This document shows, piece after piece, positions 1 to 9,384 of a stretch of DNA of 64,000 nucleotides (position 1 is its first letter; every line of letters starts with the position of its first letter). Origin of the DNA: an uncultured Acidimicrobiia bacterium (lineage in GTDB: Bacteria > Actinomycetota > Acidimicrobiia > UBA2766). The position numbers and the translations under genes were made by a program. The stretch lies in assembly GCA_964370965.1 (NCBI GenBank), contig CAYJLW010000001.1:23509-87508 (forward strand), read 5' to 3'. The notes beneath the pieces are model-generated. The model worked only from the letters and a program-made list of their open reading frames with translations, had not been told where the DNA came from and searched no databases.

Positions 1-1871
1 AGCTCTGCCCGGCGCAGGGCCGCCTCGATGCGTTCCATCTGCGCGGCCGTGGCGTCGAGGGCGTAGACCTCGCGCACGAAGCGGGCGAGGTCGGCCCGGT
101 AGTCGTGGCCCTTCGCCTCGAAGTCGCCGGGTACGACGTTGGCGGAGTTCTTCATGTCCGCCAACGTGATCAGGAACGTCTCCGGGCTGGAGTAGCCCTC
201 GCTCCGGGGCACGGTGGCGGGGCGGAGGGTGGGGTCGCCCAGCCACTCGGGTGCCTGCACGAGGAGGTCGAGGCCGAACTTGGCGACAGCGTCGTTGTCG
301 TGCGTGATCATCACGTAGCGGAGGCGGGAGCGGGCCTCCGGGTCGAGGGCCTCGACCTGGCCGAAGTCGTTGAACACGCCTACGAGCGAGGGGTCGACGT
401 CGGCCCGGGCGGGGCCCAGCACCTCACGCTTCCAGCCGCTGGCATAGGGGGTGCCGATCCAGAGGGCGCGGTCCACGCCCGCCTCCTGCAGGCCCCGCGT
501 GCCCTCGTGCAGGAAGGCGTCCTGGCTCGTGTGGGCCCCCAGGCTCTCCCCGAAGAGGACGACGCGGGGCCGGCGTCCGGGGGCCGTCCTCTGCAGCCGG
601 TCGCCGATGGCGTCGAGGAGTGCGCGGTTCTGCCTGCGGCCCTCCCAGACCCGGTCCAGGGACATGACCGAGGGCCGTTCGGAGTACTGCAGCGTGACAG
701 AGGCGACGTCCCCGCGCGCCAGGTACTCGGCGGCCTCGACGGCGACGTAGTTCACGTAGCCCGTGCCGGTGGGGGAGACCACCATGAGCAGGGACCGCTC
801 GAAGGCGCCCGTGCGCTCGAGCTCCGCCACCGCCAGAGCTACGCGGGCGTCCTCGGTGGGGGCGCTGTCGAGGCTCACGAACACCCGGATCGGTTCGGAG
901 GCGGCCGGCTCACCGAGGACATGTTCGATCCAGTGCCTGCGTAACGCCGTGCAGACGTTGCGGCGCCCCTGCTTGCTCAGCGTCTCGAAGGCCACGACGC
1001 TGCCCGGCCCCCCGCTCACCAACGTGCTCGCGGGCGCCCTGTGGAAGGCGGGTTCCAGGCGGCGCTCCCCCGTCTCGACCCGTGTTGCCGCCCTGTGCAT
1101 TCCCACCTTGACGACGCCCCCGAGGGCGCCGAAGGCGACGAGGTGACCGATCCCCCGCCAGAGGTGCTCACCCCCGGGCAGACGGCGGGCGAGGAGGCGC
1201 CCCACCGTTCGGGCCAGGGTGCGTTCGGCGGCGGCGATCCCGCTCAGGGCGGCGCTCACGCCCACACCGAAGGCGAGGGAGCGTGCGGCCGACATGTGCC
1301 ATTCCTCGCCGTCGCCGTCGGCCTCCTCGCGACGGCGCCGGGTGTACTCCCCGATGCCGGCGAGGACCGCGCCCGCGGGCAGGGCGGCCGGGAACGAGCG
1401 GAGGTCGCGGTCTCCGTCGCTGCGGTCGAGGTCGTGCATGGCATCCTGCAGGCCACCCACGAGGCCGCCGGCGAACGCCCCCGTCGAGAGCCAGAAGCCC
1501 GCCGTGCGCACCGCGGCCCGCGCCAAGGGCTCTCCCTCGTGTTGGCGGAACGCCTCCTGGATGCCGAAGCCGGCGCACATGGCGGCGACGTCGAGGACGA
1601 GCGTCGCCCGCCGCCACTCCGTGTCGTCCACCTCCGCGAGGTGCGACGCCCCCAGGACCTCGCGGGTGAGGGCCTCCACGCCGTCCTGCACCAGGGCGGC
1701 GAGGACGTAGTCCAGCGCCATGGAGAGGCCGGTGACGATGCCCTGGTCGAGGCTGCTGCGGGGCATCAGGCTGCGCTGGTAGGTCTTCGGGACGTTCGCG
1801 GCGGCCACGAGGATGCCCGCCTGTTCGGCCCGACCCAGCATGCGGCGGAGTCGGGATCTCCGTACGGCCAT
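1..1871 (-). CDS. alpha/beta hydrolase (Abhydrolase_9-like, TM N-terminal region), C-terminus runs off the window
   Basis: Hand translation of the minus frame (codon first base at coordinates congruent to 2 mod 3) gives a continuous protein 'MAVRRSRLRRMLG...GFWLSTGAFAGGLVGG...VVLFGESLGAHTSQDAF...'. It has a GxSxG (GESLG) nucleophile elbow and an N-terminal hydrophobic region, with no stop to position 1. It is not in the ORF track because it has no in-window stop. The plus ORF 105..944 is its antisense. Confidence 0.5.
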   Translation of the reverse strand, partial: MAVRRSRLRRMLGRAEQAGILVAAANVPKTYQRSLMPRSSLDQGIVTGLSMALDYVLAALVQDGVEALTREVLGASHLAEVDDTEWRRATLVLDVAAMCAGFGIQEAFRQHEGEPLARAAVRTAGFWLSTGAFAGGLVGGLQDAMHDLDRSDGDRDLRSFPAALPAGAVLAGIGEYTRRRREEADGDGEEWHMSAARSLAFGVGVSAALSGIAAAERTLARTVGRLLARRLPGGEHLWRGIGHLVAFGALGGVVKVGMHRAATRVETGERRLEPAFHRAPASTLVSGGPGSVVAFETLSKQGRRNVCTALRRHWIEHVLGEPAASEPIRVFVSLDSAPTEDARVALAVAELERTGAFERSLLMVVSPTGTGYVNYVAVEAAEYLARGDVASVTLQYSERPSVMSLDRVWEGRRQNRALLDAIGDRLQRTAPGRRPRVVLFGESLGAHTSQDAFLHEGTRGLQEAGVDRALWIGTPYASGWKREVLGPARADVDPSLVGVFNDFGQVEALDPEARSRLRYVMITHDNDAVAKFGLDLLVQAPEWLGDPTLRPATVPRSEGYSSPETFLITLADMKNSANVVPGDFEAKGHDYRADLARFVREVYALDATAAQMERIEAALRRAE

Positions 1872-2033
1872 ACGTTCCCCCTGGGTTCGGCGGCCCCCGG
1901 GAGTTTGGCACGCCTCAGAGGGGTGTCTGTCCGGGGCGGCCAGGAAGGCGAACTGGGCGCGCTGGACCCCGTATCTGACGCGGGGCGCGCCCAGTTGCGT
2001 GGGGAGAGGCCCGGTCGTCTTGCGGTCCTGGTG

Positions 2034-4640
2034 TCAGCTACCCCCCGGGCGCACCAGAACCCCCCGGACCGCCTCGCCGGCAGTGAGGTGACGGGGCGGG
2101 GAGAGGTCCACGGCGCCGGCCCCGGTCAACGTGAGGCGGCGCAGGACGAGGTGTCCGTGACGCGCCGTGAGGGCCACGCGGATGCCGTCGGCTGTGGGCC
2201 TCTGTGTGACCGTGCCCCATGCGCTGCCGTTGCTCCAGAACCACCTCGTCGGCACCCGGGCGGCCCGGAAGGTCATCTCCCCTTCGACGCCGGACCAGCG
2301 GAAGCCCGTGAGGGCGAGGACGGCCGCCCACGCCGCCATTGCCCGCACATAGTGGTGGCCGCACTCCGCCTCGTCGAAGGGGTTGCGTCTCCGGCCGTCG
2401 TAGCGGGCCCGCACCGCTTCCATGCACCGGAGACCGGCCTGCGTCTGGCCCTCGTAGATCATCCCCGCCGCCGCCGTGTACTCGAAGCCGGTCATGACCT
2501 CGTCGGCGTAGGTGAACGGGCGGGCGGGGCGTCCCCGGGGGTAGCTCGCCATGAGGAGGCCGGCGTCCTCGGGCGCCACGTACGCCCGCTTGTCGTTCAC
2601 GTGGCCGCGGAAGTCGCGCCGGAAGTTGTGGCGGACGACGGATCGGAGGGCGGCGCGTACGTGGACCGGGTCGGCGAGATGGCCGAGGCCGCAGACATGG
2701 GCCATGTACTGGCCGGCGAGCTGGTCCACCAGACACCCGGGGCCGAGCTGGCTGCGGGGGTCGGCGTAGTCGACGGCCTCGCCGAACACCGGGATCGCCA
2801 GCCCCGGGGCGACGGCGGCGGCGGAACCGGGCGGGCGGACCTCGTGCTCGTAGTACTCCCCGTTGAACAGGTGTGCGTCCGTCCACGCGCTCCCCTGCTC
2901 GAACAGGGCCCGGCACTCACCGGCGAAGGCGTAGTCGCCCACGTGGCCGGCCATCTCCTCCGCGGCGCGCAGGGCCCCGAGGTACCAGAATCCCATGAGG
3001 GGGTTGGGGCCGAAGTACTCGCAGTCCATCGTGTTGTGCTGGCAGCCCTCCATGACGCCGTCGCGGTCCGCGTCCCAGCCGCCGGGAACCCAGGAGAACT
3101 CCAGGGCGGCGCGGGCCCGGGGCCAGAGGCGGTGCAGCCAGTCGTCGTCGCCCGAGAGCTGCCAGTCCCGGTAGAGGCGCATCAGGCAGCCCATCTGGCC
3201 GTCGGCGGCGGCCACGCCCCACTCGGTCGCTCTCTCGAGGGGGAGGCCGACCCGGAAGCTCATGTGGCCGTCGTCGCGGGTGGCGTGGAGGAACTCGACT
3301 TCCCGCTGGGAGCGGGCGAGGTCGGCGAAGAGGAAGGCGCTCGCCTGCTCGTAGTTCCAGACATGGGTGCAGGAGCCGGGGCAGCAGCCGAAGTCGTCAC
3401 CCGTGCCCTCCCAACCGTAGAGGCGGCCGTCCCCGGTGCGGAACGAGGTCTGGGACCGCAGGGCGGGCAGTGTGAAGAGCGCCGCCTCCTTCACGACCTC
3501 CGGGAGGTCCGAGCCGCAGAGGTCCCGGACGAACGCCACGGTGTCGTCCTCCAACGCTCCCAGGTCTCGGGCCGTGCGGCGGGCGACGTCCCAGGCGTCG
3601 GCGTAGACGGTGGCGTAGTGGTTGCCCACGCAGTCGGGATTGGTCTCGCCCGGGGGCCGGTCGTTGTCGCCCACCGGCGGAGCCGCCACCCACGGGGCCC
3701 CCTGAGCCGGTGTCCACGTCATGCGGTTGGGGAAGTGCCAGGCGAGCAGGAACGTGACCTCGCGTTCCTCTCCCGGGGCGAGTCGGCCGGACACGGCCAC
3801 GGACGCCAGGGGCTTGGGGACGTGGCCCTGCTCCCGATCCTCCAGGCGGCCGTCGGCGGCGAAGTCGTCCCAGAAGTCGGCCAGCGTGTCACCCCAGGCG
3901 ACGTCCGCCCAGGCGGTGCGGACTGTGACCCGCCGGGCCGGGGAGGTCGTGGCGAGGGCGAGGGTCCCGTAAGCCTCGGCGTCAGGGGAAACCCCCTCGG
4001 AGCGGCAGAACACCCCCGTCACCGGGGGTCTGCCGGGCGAGGACCGCTCGTCGTTCACGTTGGCGGTGGGGGGGGCGAGGTCGATCCCGACGAGCTCCAG
4101 CATCCCGGCTCGGGGCCGGGCCAGAGCCCCCACGAAGTTCTGCACGGAGCCGCACACGGCGACCTCGGCGGGAACCGGGGAGCTGTTGTGCAGCACCCAG
4201 CGCAGGACCGCCACCGGGATCCCGCTGCGGTCGGCGTCACCGGGGACGAGCGGGTTGAACGCCTCCAGGCGCACGCCGAGGGGCACGCCCGGGTCCGAGA
4301 GGCGGATCTGCGCGAGCGGGTAGGCGGAGGCGAAGGACGCCCGGGCGAAGCGGGGGAGGCCCGGGTTGGGCGCCCGGCTCCCGATCCAGCCGTCCTGCGG
4401 CGAAAGGACGGGCCCCTCGAGCACGCGCGTCACAGGGGAGGCGCCCCGAGGGCGTACCCGGAGGGCGAAGAAGCTGTGGCGGGGAGTGAAGCCCTTGGCG
4501 GGGCGGCTTCCGACCTCCCAGTCGCGCAGGTCGCCGCGGCCCCCCAGGGAGACGGTGCCCGTGCCGATCCCGCCCAGGGGCAAGGCCACGCAGCGGAGGT
4601 CCTCGCCCGAGTACCGCTTCAGGACCGGCCAGCGCGTCAC
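2034..4640 (-). CDS. GH116 family glycoside hydrolase (GBA2-type beta-glucosidase/glucosylceramidase-like)
   Basis: The motif 'LPLGGIGTGTVSLGGRGDLRDWEV' is typical of the GH116 N-terminal domain, within an ~870 aa protein. The first ~220 aa of the 1096-aa ORF are an Arg/Pro-rich read-through. The likely start is GTG at 4638-4640, overlapping the TetR stop as GTGA. Confidence 0.7.
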   Translation of the reverse strand: MTRWPVLKRYSGEDLRCVALPLGGIGTGTVSLGGRGDLRDWEVGSRPAKGFTPRHSFFALRVRPRGASPVTRVLEGPVLSPQDGWIGSRAPNPGLPRFARASFASAYPLAQIRLSDPGVPLGVRLEAFNPLVPGDADRSGIPVAVLRWVLHNSSPVPAEVAVCGSVQNFVGALARPRAGMLELVGIDLAPPTANVNDERSSPGRPPVTGVFCRSEGVSPDAEAYGTLALATTSPARRVTVRTAWADVAWGDTLADFWDDFAADGRLEDREQGHVPKPLASVAVSGRLAPGEEREVTFLLAWHFPNRMTWTPAQGAPWVAAPPVGDNDRPPGETNPDCVGNHYATVYADAWDVARRTARDLGALEDDTVAFVRDLCGSDLPEVVKEAALFTLPALRSQTSFRTGDGRLYGWEGTGDDFGCCPGSCTHVWNYEQASAFLFADLARSQREVEFLHATRDDGHMSFRVGLPLERATEWGVAAADGQMGCLMRLYRDWQLSGDDDWLHRLWPRARAALEFSWVPGGWDADRDGVMEGCQHNTMDCEYFGPNPLMGFWYLGALRAAEEMAGHVGDYAFAGECRALFEQGSAWTDAHLFNGEYYEHEVRPPGSAAAVAPGLAIPVFGEAVDYADPRSQLGPGCLVDQLAGQYMAHVCGLGHLADPVHVRAALRSVVRHNFRRDFRGHVNDKRAYVAPEDAGLLMASYPRGRPARPFTYADEVMTGFEYTAAAGMIYEGQTQAGLRCMEAVRARYDGRRRNPFDEAECGHHYVRAMAAWAAVLALTGFRWSGVEGEMTFRAARVPTRWFWSNGSAWGTVTQRPTADGIRVALTARHGHLVLRRLTLTGAGAVDLSPPRHLTAGEAVRGVLVRPGGS

Positions 4641-5293
4641 CGGCGCTCCCCCATGCCCTCGGGAGGGCGCAGGGCGTCCACGAGGATCCCCCCCAGCCTG
4701 TTCGCGAGGGTCCGCACCGACCGCCCCCCCGAGCGGCGGGTGAGCGCCCCCTGGGAGCTCAGCGTGGCGATTCCGTGTACGAGCGCCCATGCCAGGGGAG
4801 CGAGGTCCTCCGTGGACCAGGGCCCGCCCCAGCCCGCGGCCCGCGCCTCGTCCACGACGCTGACGAGCTCGGCGAAGGCGTCGCCGGCGGCGGCGAGGTA
4901 GTCGGTGTCGGCCGTGTCGAGCAGCTCCGGGCGGAACATGACCTCGAAGTGCGCACGATGGTCCAGGGCGAAGGCGATGTAGGCGTTCCCCAGGGCGTGG
5001 AGTCGCTCCGGCGCGGGAGCGCCGGCCTGGCGTCGCGCCGTCGCGCGGAGGGCTTCGCGCAGGAGGTGGAACCCCTCCGTCGCCACGGCCGTGAAGAGTC
5101 CGGCCTTGTCCCCGAAGTGGTGGGCAGGGGCGGCATGGGAGACCCCGGCGCGCCGGGCGACGCCCCGCATGGTGACGGCCCCGAGCCCGTCGTCGGCGAC
5201 CGCCCGAACCGTGGTGTCGACGAGGGTCTGGCGGAGGCCGCCGTTCCCCTCTGCGCTCGTTCCGGCCAACGACTTCACCTCCGGGCTGTCCAC
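4637..5293 (-). CDS. TetR/AcrR family transcriptional regulator
   Basis: N-terminal HTH 'TMRGVARRAGVSHAAPAHHFGDKAGLF' and a 218 aa size. Its stop overlaps the GTG start of the GH116 gene. It is divergent from the oxidoreductase at 5406. Confidence 0.75.
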   Translation of the reverse strand: MDSPEVKSLAGTSAEGNGGLRQTLVDTTVRAVADDGLGAVTMRGVARRAGVSHAAPAHHFGDKAGLFTAVATEGFHLLREALRATARRQAGAPAPERLHALGNAYIAFALDHRAHFEVMFRPELLDTADTDYLAAAGDAFAELVSVVDEARAAGWGGPWSTEDLAPLAWALVHGIATLSSQGALTRRSGGRSVRTLANRLGGILVDALRPPEGMGERR

Positions 5294-5329
5294 CCCGCTC
5301 TGTGGCTGCCGCGGGGCCGTCCACGGCCC

Positions 5330-5369
5330 TTGACGGTGTCTAGCACGCCTTCTAGGTTGACACTGTCAA
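5330..5369. promoter_or_regulatory. Candidate TetR operator: inverted repeat TTGACGGTGTC-N18-GACACTGTCAA
   Basis: 11-bp arms with one mismatch in the 112-bp divergent intergenic region between the TetR gene and the oxidoreductase. Confidence 0.35.
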
Positions 5370-5405
5370 GTAGCGAATCGTCGTGTGTGTTCGTAGGAGA
5401 CTGCC

Positions 5406-7118
5406 ATGGCGGCACCGGGGGCAACGGAGAAGTGGGACGCTGTGGTCGTGGGCTCGGGCCCTGGCGGTCTCTGCACGGCAGCGTATCTTGCCGCGGCCGC
5501 CGCCCGGCGCGTGCTGGTGCTCGAGCAACACGACCTCGCCGGGGGCAACTGCCAGGTCTTCCGTCGCCACCACGCCGGCAGCGACTTCGAGTTCGACGTG
5601 GGCATCCACTACCTGGGCGACTGCGAGCCGGGCGGGCTCATCCCCTCGATCCTGCGCGGTGTGGGCCTCGAGGGCCGCATCGAGTTCAACGAGCTCGACC
5701 CCGACGGCTTCGACACCCTCATCTTCCCCGACTTCACCTTCCGCGTGCCCCGTGGGTGGGCGGAGTACCGGGAGCGCCTCGCCGCCCGGTTCCCCGACGA
5801 GATCGAGGGCATCGACCGCTGCGTGGAGGTTCTCCGCCGTCTCGCCCACGAGGCCATGTCTGTGGGCCAAGAGGGCGTCGACCTCTCCACCCTCATGCAG
5901 TGGGGTCTCCGGCCCCTGGGGGACCTCTTCGAGGACTGCGGCCTCTCCCCGGAGGCGGTCGCCGTGCTCGACCACGTCAACGGCCTCTACGCCGGCCCGC
6001 CGTCGCAGTCGTCCACCATCATGCACGCCTTCATCCTCGACCACTACATGCGGGGCGCCTTCTACCCGAAAGGCGGCGGGCAGGTGATCTCGGCGGGTCT
6101 CGTCGACGTCGTCGAGTCCCACGGCGGGGAGGTGCGCACGAAGGCACGGGTCGGGGAGATCGTCGTCACCGAGGGCAGGACGGCCGGCGTCCGTCTCGTC
6201 GACGGCACCGTCATCGAGGCGCCCCTGGTGGTGTCCAACGCCGACTACAAGCGCACGATGCTGGAGATGCTCGGCCCGGAGCACGTGAGCGAGGAGACGC
6301 GCCGCCGCGCCGCCGACGCCGTCATGACGCTGCCGCTCGTGTGCGTGTACGTCGTGATCGACGAGGACCTCCGCGGCCGTCTCCCGAACTCGAACCTCTT
6401 CGTCTTCAACGGCTACGACGTGGAGGGGCACTACGCGGGACTCGAGCGGGGCGAGACCGACAACGTCGACTTCGCCTACCTCTCTCTGGCGTCCCTGAAG
6501 GACCCTGACCACCGGGAGCTCTGCCCTCCCGGGCACACCAACTTCCAGATCATGACCCTGGGGCCGCGTGGCTACGGCTCTTGGGGCGTAGACGGGGAGC
6601 CTGCCCAGGGCGGGCAGTACCGGCGGAACCCCGACTACCGGGCCAAGAAGGAGCACTACACCGAACGCCTCCTCGACCTCGCCGAGCAGGCGATCGGCCC
6701 GTTCCGCGACCACGTCGTCCACATCGAGACCGCCACGCCTCTCACGCAGGAGCGCTACACGCTGTCGAGCGGCGGGACGTCATACGGTCTGCTGCATTCG
6801 CCGGACCAGGTGGGCCCCATGCGGCCCAACTACCGCACCGAGATCCCGGGCCTCTTCCTCGTGGGCGCCAACACTGCGAGCGGCCACGGCGTCGCCGGGA
6901 CGCTGTCCGGAGGCGTCCAGTGCGCCGGGGAGATCCTCGGGCGCAACCTCTTCGCCGAGATCCGCGAAGGCGCCGTCCTCGGCGACCCCGGGGCGCTTCC
7001 CCCGCCGGACGCCGATCGCGACCCCGTCGAGGTGTGTCGCGGCCGGGCGCTGCGGGAGCGCCGGGCGGCCGGCCGGGCGGCTCGCGCCGCGGCGAAGGAA
7101 CACGCCGGGGTCTCCTGA
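5406..7118 (+). CDS. FAD/NAD(P)-dependent oxidoreductase, phytoene desaturase (CrtI)-like family
   Basis: N-terminal dinucleotide-binding 'AVVVGSGPGGLCTAAYLA' and CrtI/retinol-saturase-like architecture. The C-terminal end is uncertain. Confidence 0.7.
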   Translation: MAAPGATEKWDAVVVGSGPGGLCTAAYLAAAAARRVLVLEQHDLAGGNCQVFRRHHAGSDFEFDVGIHYLGDCEPGGLIPSILRGVGLEGRIEFNELDPDGFDTLIFPDFTFRVPRGWAEYRERLAARFPDEIEGIDRCVEVLRRLAHEAMSVGQEGVDLSTLMQWGLRPLGDLFEDCGLSPEAVAVLDHVNGLYAGPPSQSSTIMHAFILDHYMRGAFYPKGGGQVISAGLVDVVESHGGEVRTKARVGEIVVTEGRTAGVRLVDGTVIEAPLVVSNADYKRTMLEMLGPEHVSEETRRRAADAVMTLPLVCVYVVIDEDLRGRLPNSNLFVFNGYDVEGHYAGLERGETDNVDFAYLSLASLKDPDHRELCPPGHTNFQIMTLGPRGYGSWGVDGEPAQGGQYRRNPDYRAKKEHYTERLLDLAEQAIGPFRDHVVHIETATPLTQERYTLSSGGTSYGLLHSPDQVGPMRPNYRTEIPGLFLVGANTASGHGVAGTLSGGVQCAGEILGRNLFAEIREGAVLGDPGALPPPDADRDPVEVCRGRALRERRAAGRAARAAAKEHAGVS

Positions 7119-7257
7119 CCCCTGGCGAGGGGGCCACGCTCCTTCGGACCCGAAGCCCCCGACGGCGCCGATCGGCCCGGCAGTCCTCCGGAGGGGGCCT
7201 CGACACCCGGGACGGCGTCCCACGGCATCTGGTCGGGGCGGGTGTAGGCGGCCGTCG

Positions 7258-8513
7258 TCAGGGGGTCGGCGCCACGGCCTCGGTGAGGACGCGACCCTGG
7301 CTGTCCGCCGGGGGCGCCACTCTGAGGAGGGAGGCGATGGTGGGGGCGAGGTCGACCTGGCGGGCGACGTGGCGGACGTCGTCGCCGGCACGGAGTCGGG
7401 GGTGGCCGCCCGTGACCATCATCCAGTTCCGGCGGGCGGCGGGGTGGCCGTGCGTGCCGGGCGTGAGGTCGAAGAGCTCCGCGAAGGACCAACCCGGGGC
7501 GGCCACGACGACGACGTCGCCGACGCGGGGGTCGTCGAGATGCCAGCCGGGGCGTGCCCTGGCGAGTTGTCCGCCCGTGGCGTAGGCGGCGTCGACTCCC
7601 GGCGCGCAGGCCAGGAGGCGGCGGACGGATCTCGCCTCTCCCGGCGTGGCGCCGGGCTTCGCCGCCTGGGCGACGCTGCCGGCGGCGACCACCTGCCAGT
7701 CGAACACGCCGTGGAGCCAGAGCCAGACGGTGAGCGAGGTCTTCTGTGGCGTGAGCGCCATGCCGTGGTCGCTCACCACGAACAGGACGGTGTTCCCCCA
7801 CCGGCCCGCGGACCTGAGATGGGCGACGAGGCGGGCCACCTGGCGGTCGACCTCCGTCATGGCGACACGGGTGAGCTCGCCCGCGGGGCCGGAGAAATGA
7901 CCGAACGTGTCCACCATCTGTGTGTTCATGAACACGAAGTCGTCCCCGGCTTTGACGCGGGCGACGGCCTCGTTCACGACCTCGCCGTCGAGCGGGTAGT
8001 CGACGACCGGGAGCCGCAGCGGCGCCGTGAGTGGGTCCCACACCGTGTCGACGGGTTCGTGCGCCAGGATGGCGGCGACGTCGGGGTCTCCGGCCACGAG
8101 GCTCGTGCGCAACCCGGGGCGTTCGTCCTCGACGCGGTCGAAGAGGGTCTCGACGCGGACGTCGCCGGGTTCGGGGTCGACGAAGCGGCTGCCGTCCCAG
8201 ATCGTGTTGCCAGGGACGCCGCTCGTGTCGCCCCAGGCCCCCGTGGCCATCGTGACGTGGTTCGGGTAGGTCTCGGCGATCATGGCGGCCTGCGTGCGCC
8301 GCCAGACGTGCGTCGTGGCTGCCGGGTCGCTTGCGAGGCCAGTGAGCGCGGGCATCGTCGCAGCCGACACCACGGAGGGCTCGAGCCCGTCTATCACCCA
8401 GAGGACGACGAGCGGGTCGGGTGGATCCCCGAGGGCGGACGGCTGGGGTGCGCCGGCCACCCCGGTGAGAGCGACCACGGCGGCGACGATCCCGCGAGAC
8501 CCCAGCCTCTTCA
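7258..8513 (-). CDS. alkaline-phosphatase-superfamily type I phosphodiesterase / nucleotide pyrophosphatase, secreted
   Basis: Signal peptide 'MKRLGSRGIVAAVVALTGVAGA'; sequences 'ETYPNHVTMATGAWGDTSGV' and 'VVSDHGM' are typical of NPP/AP-superfamily enzymes. The ORF-track N-terminal 86 aa are spurious; the start is taken at the MKRL Met. Confidence 0.65.
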
Positions 8514-8570
8514 TGACGGCGAGGTTACCCGAGTCGCTCTCCGCCGAGGATGGGGCGGAGTCTCGAAGCC

Positions 8571-8810
8571 TCACTCCTTCCCGACGTCGGCCTCCTCGGG
8601 TGCCTCGGCGGTTTCCTTCCCGCGGAGTTCCTTGATGCGGGCGGCGACGTCGGCGACGCGCTGCTCGAAGTCCCTTTGGCGGGCCTCGAGGCGGGCGATC
8701 TCCTCGCCTGGGGTGAGCCTGTGGTGGCGGCGGTGGCGTCGGGCGCCGGGGAGGGGTCGTGCGTGGCCGCATGCGCCGCGGTGGCGGCGCCCGTTCTCAT
8801 CGTGTGTCAC
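8571..8810 (-). CDS. small hypothetical coiled-coil protein downstream of PadR
   Basis: The C-terminal 45 aa 'TPGEEIARLEARQRDFEQRVADVAARIKELRGKETAEAPEE' look protein-like. The start is uncertain and it overlaps the PadR 3' end by ~13 nt. Confidence 0.25.
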   Translation of the reverse strand: MTHDENGRRHRGACGHARPLPGARRHRRHHRLTPGEEIARLEARQRDFEQRVADVAARIKELRGKETAEAPEEADVGKE

Positions 8811-9140
8811 GGGGTGTTCCCTTCTCGTACTCGCGCAGGAAGCGCGTGATCGTCTCTTTCGTGGACTGCAGCGCTGTCGCCCAGGCGTCGAGGACGCTCT
8901 CGCCCGCCTCGGTCACCTCGTACGTGCGCTTCGCCTTGCCGGGAAGGTCGTCGCGCCAGCGGGAGACGACGAGGCCGTCGTGCTCCAGCGAACGCAGGAG
9001 GCGGTACAGGTTGCCCATGTCGACGCGCTCGCAGGGGGCGAGGGCGCCGAGGCCGTCCGCGAGGTCGTAGCCGTGGGCGGCGGTGTCCCGGAGGAGGAGC
9101 AGCAGCGCGGGCTCGACGAATCGTTCGACACGGGCATGCA
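8797..9140 (-). CDS. PadR family transcriptional regulator
   Basis: Winged-helix core 'FVEPALLLLLRDTAAHGYDLADGL...MGNLYRLLRSLEHDGLVVSRWRDDLPGKAKRTYEVTEAGE'. The ORF-track start at 9261 is an upstream extension; the true start is near a GTG around 9140. Confidence 0.7.
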
Positions 9141-9250
9141 CCTCCCACCCCCCGTCCTCCAAGGGCCGGCGGCAGCGTGCGCCCCTGGGGGCGTGGCGGC
9201 CGGCCGGGCCGAGACGACGTGGCGGAGGTCGGTGCTGACGGCGCTGAACC

Positions 9251-9263
9251 ATGTATAACACAT
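9251..9263. promoter_or_regulatory. PadR-like operator candidate ATGT-N5-ACAT in an AT-richer intergenic region
   Basis: 'ATGTATAACACAT' lies in the low-GC stretch between the divergent PadR and sulfatase genes. The canonical PadR site is ATGT-N8-ACAT, so this is only a partial match. Confidence 0.2.
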
Positions 9264-9384
9264 ACCTGCATCAGGCAGTGTTGTCAAGAGACAGTGTAAG
9301 ACACATTGTGGTCACGGGCGGGCCCGGTGGCCAGTGGGTCATCTCGCTCTGGCCAGGTCCGGGGGGAGCTGTTAGGCTTCTCGC

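Noticed and set aside
1168-1911. 247-aa Pro/Arg/Gly-rich minus ORF
   Set aside because: Low-complexity. A different minus frame gives a continuous alpha/beta-hydrolase protein with GESLG and TM helices.
1041-4901. 1286-aa plus-strand ORF
   Set aside because: Gly/Ala/Arg/Val-rich low-complexity translation. It is the antisense of the GH116 and hydrolase genes, which have clear family signatures on the minus strand.
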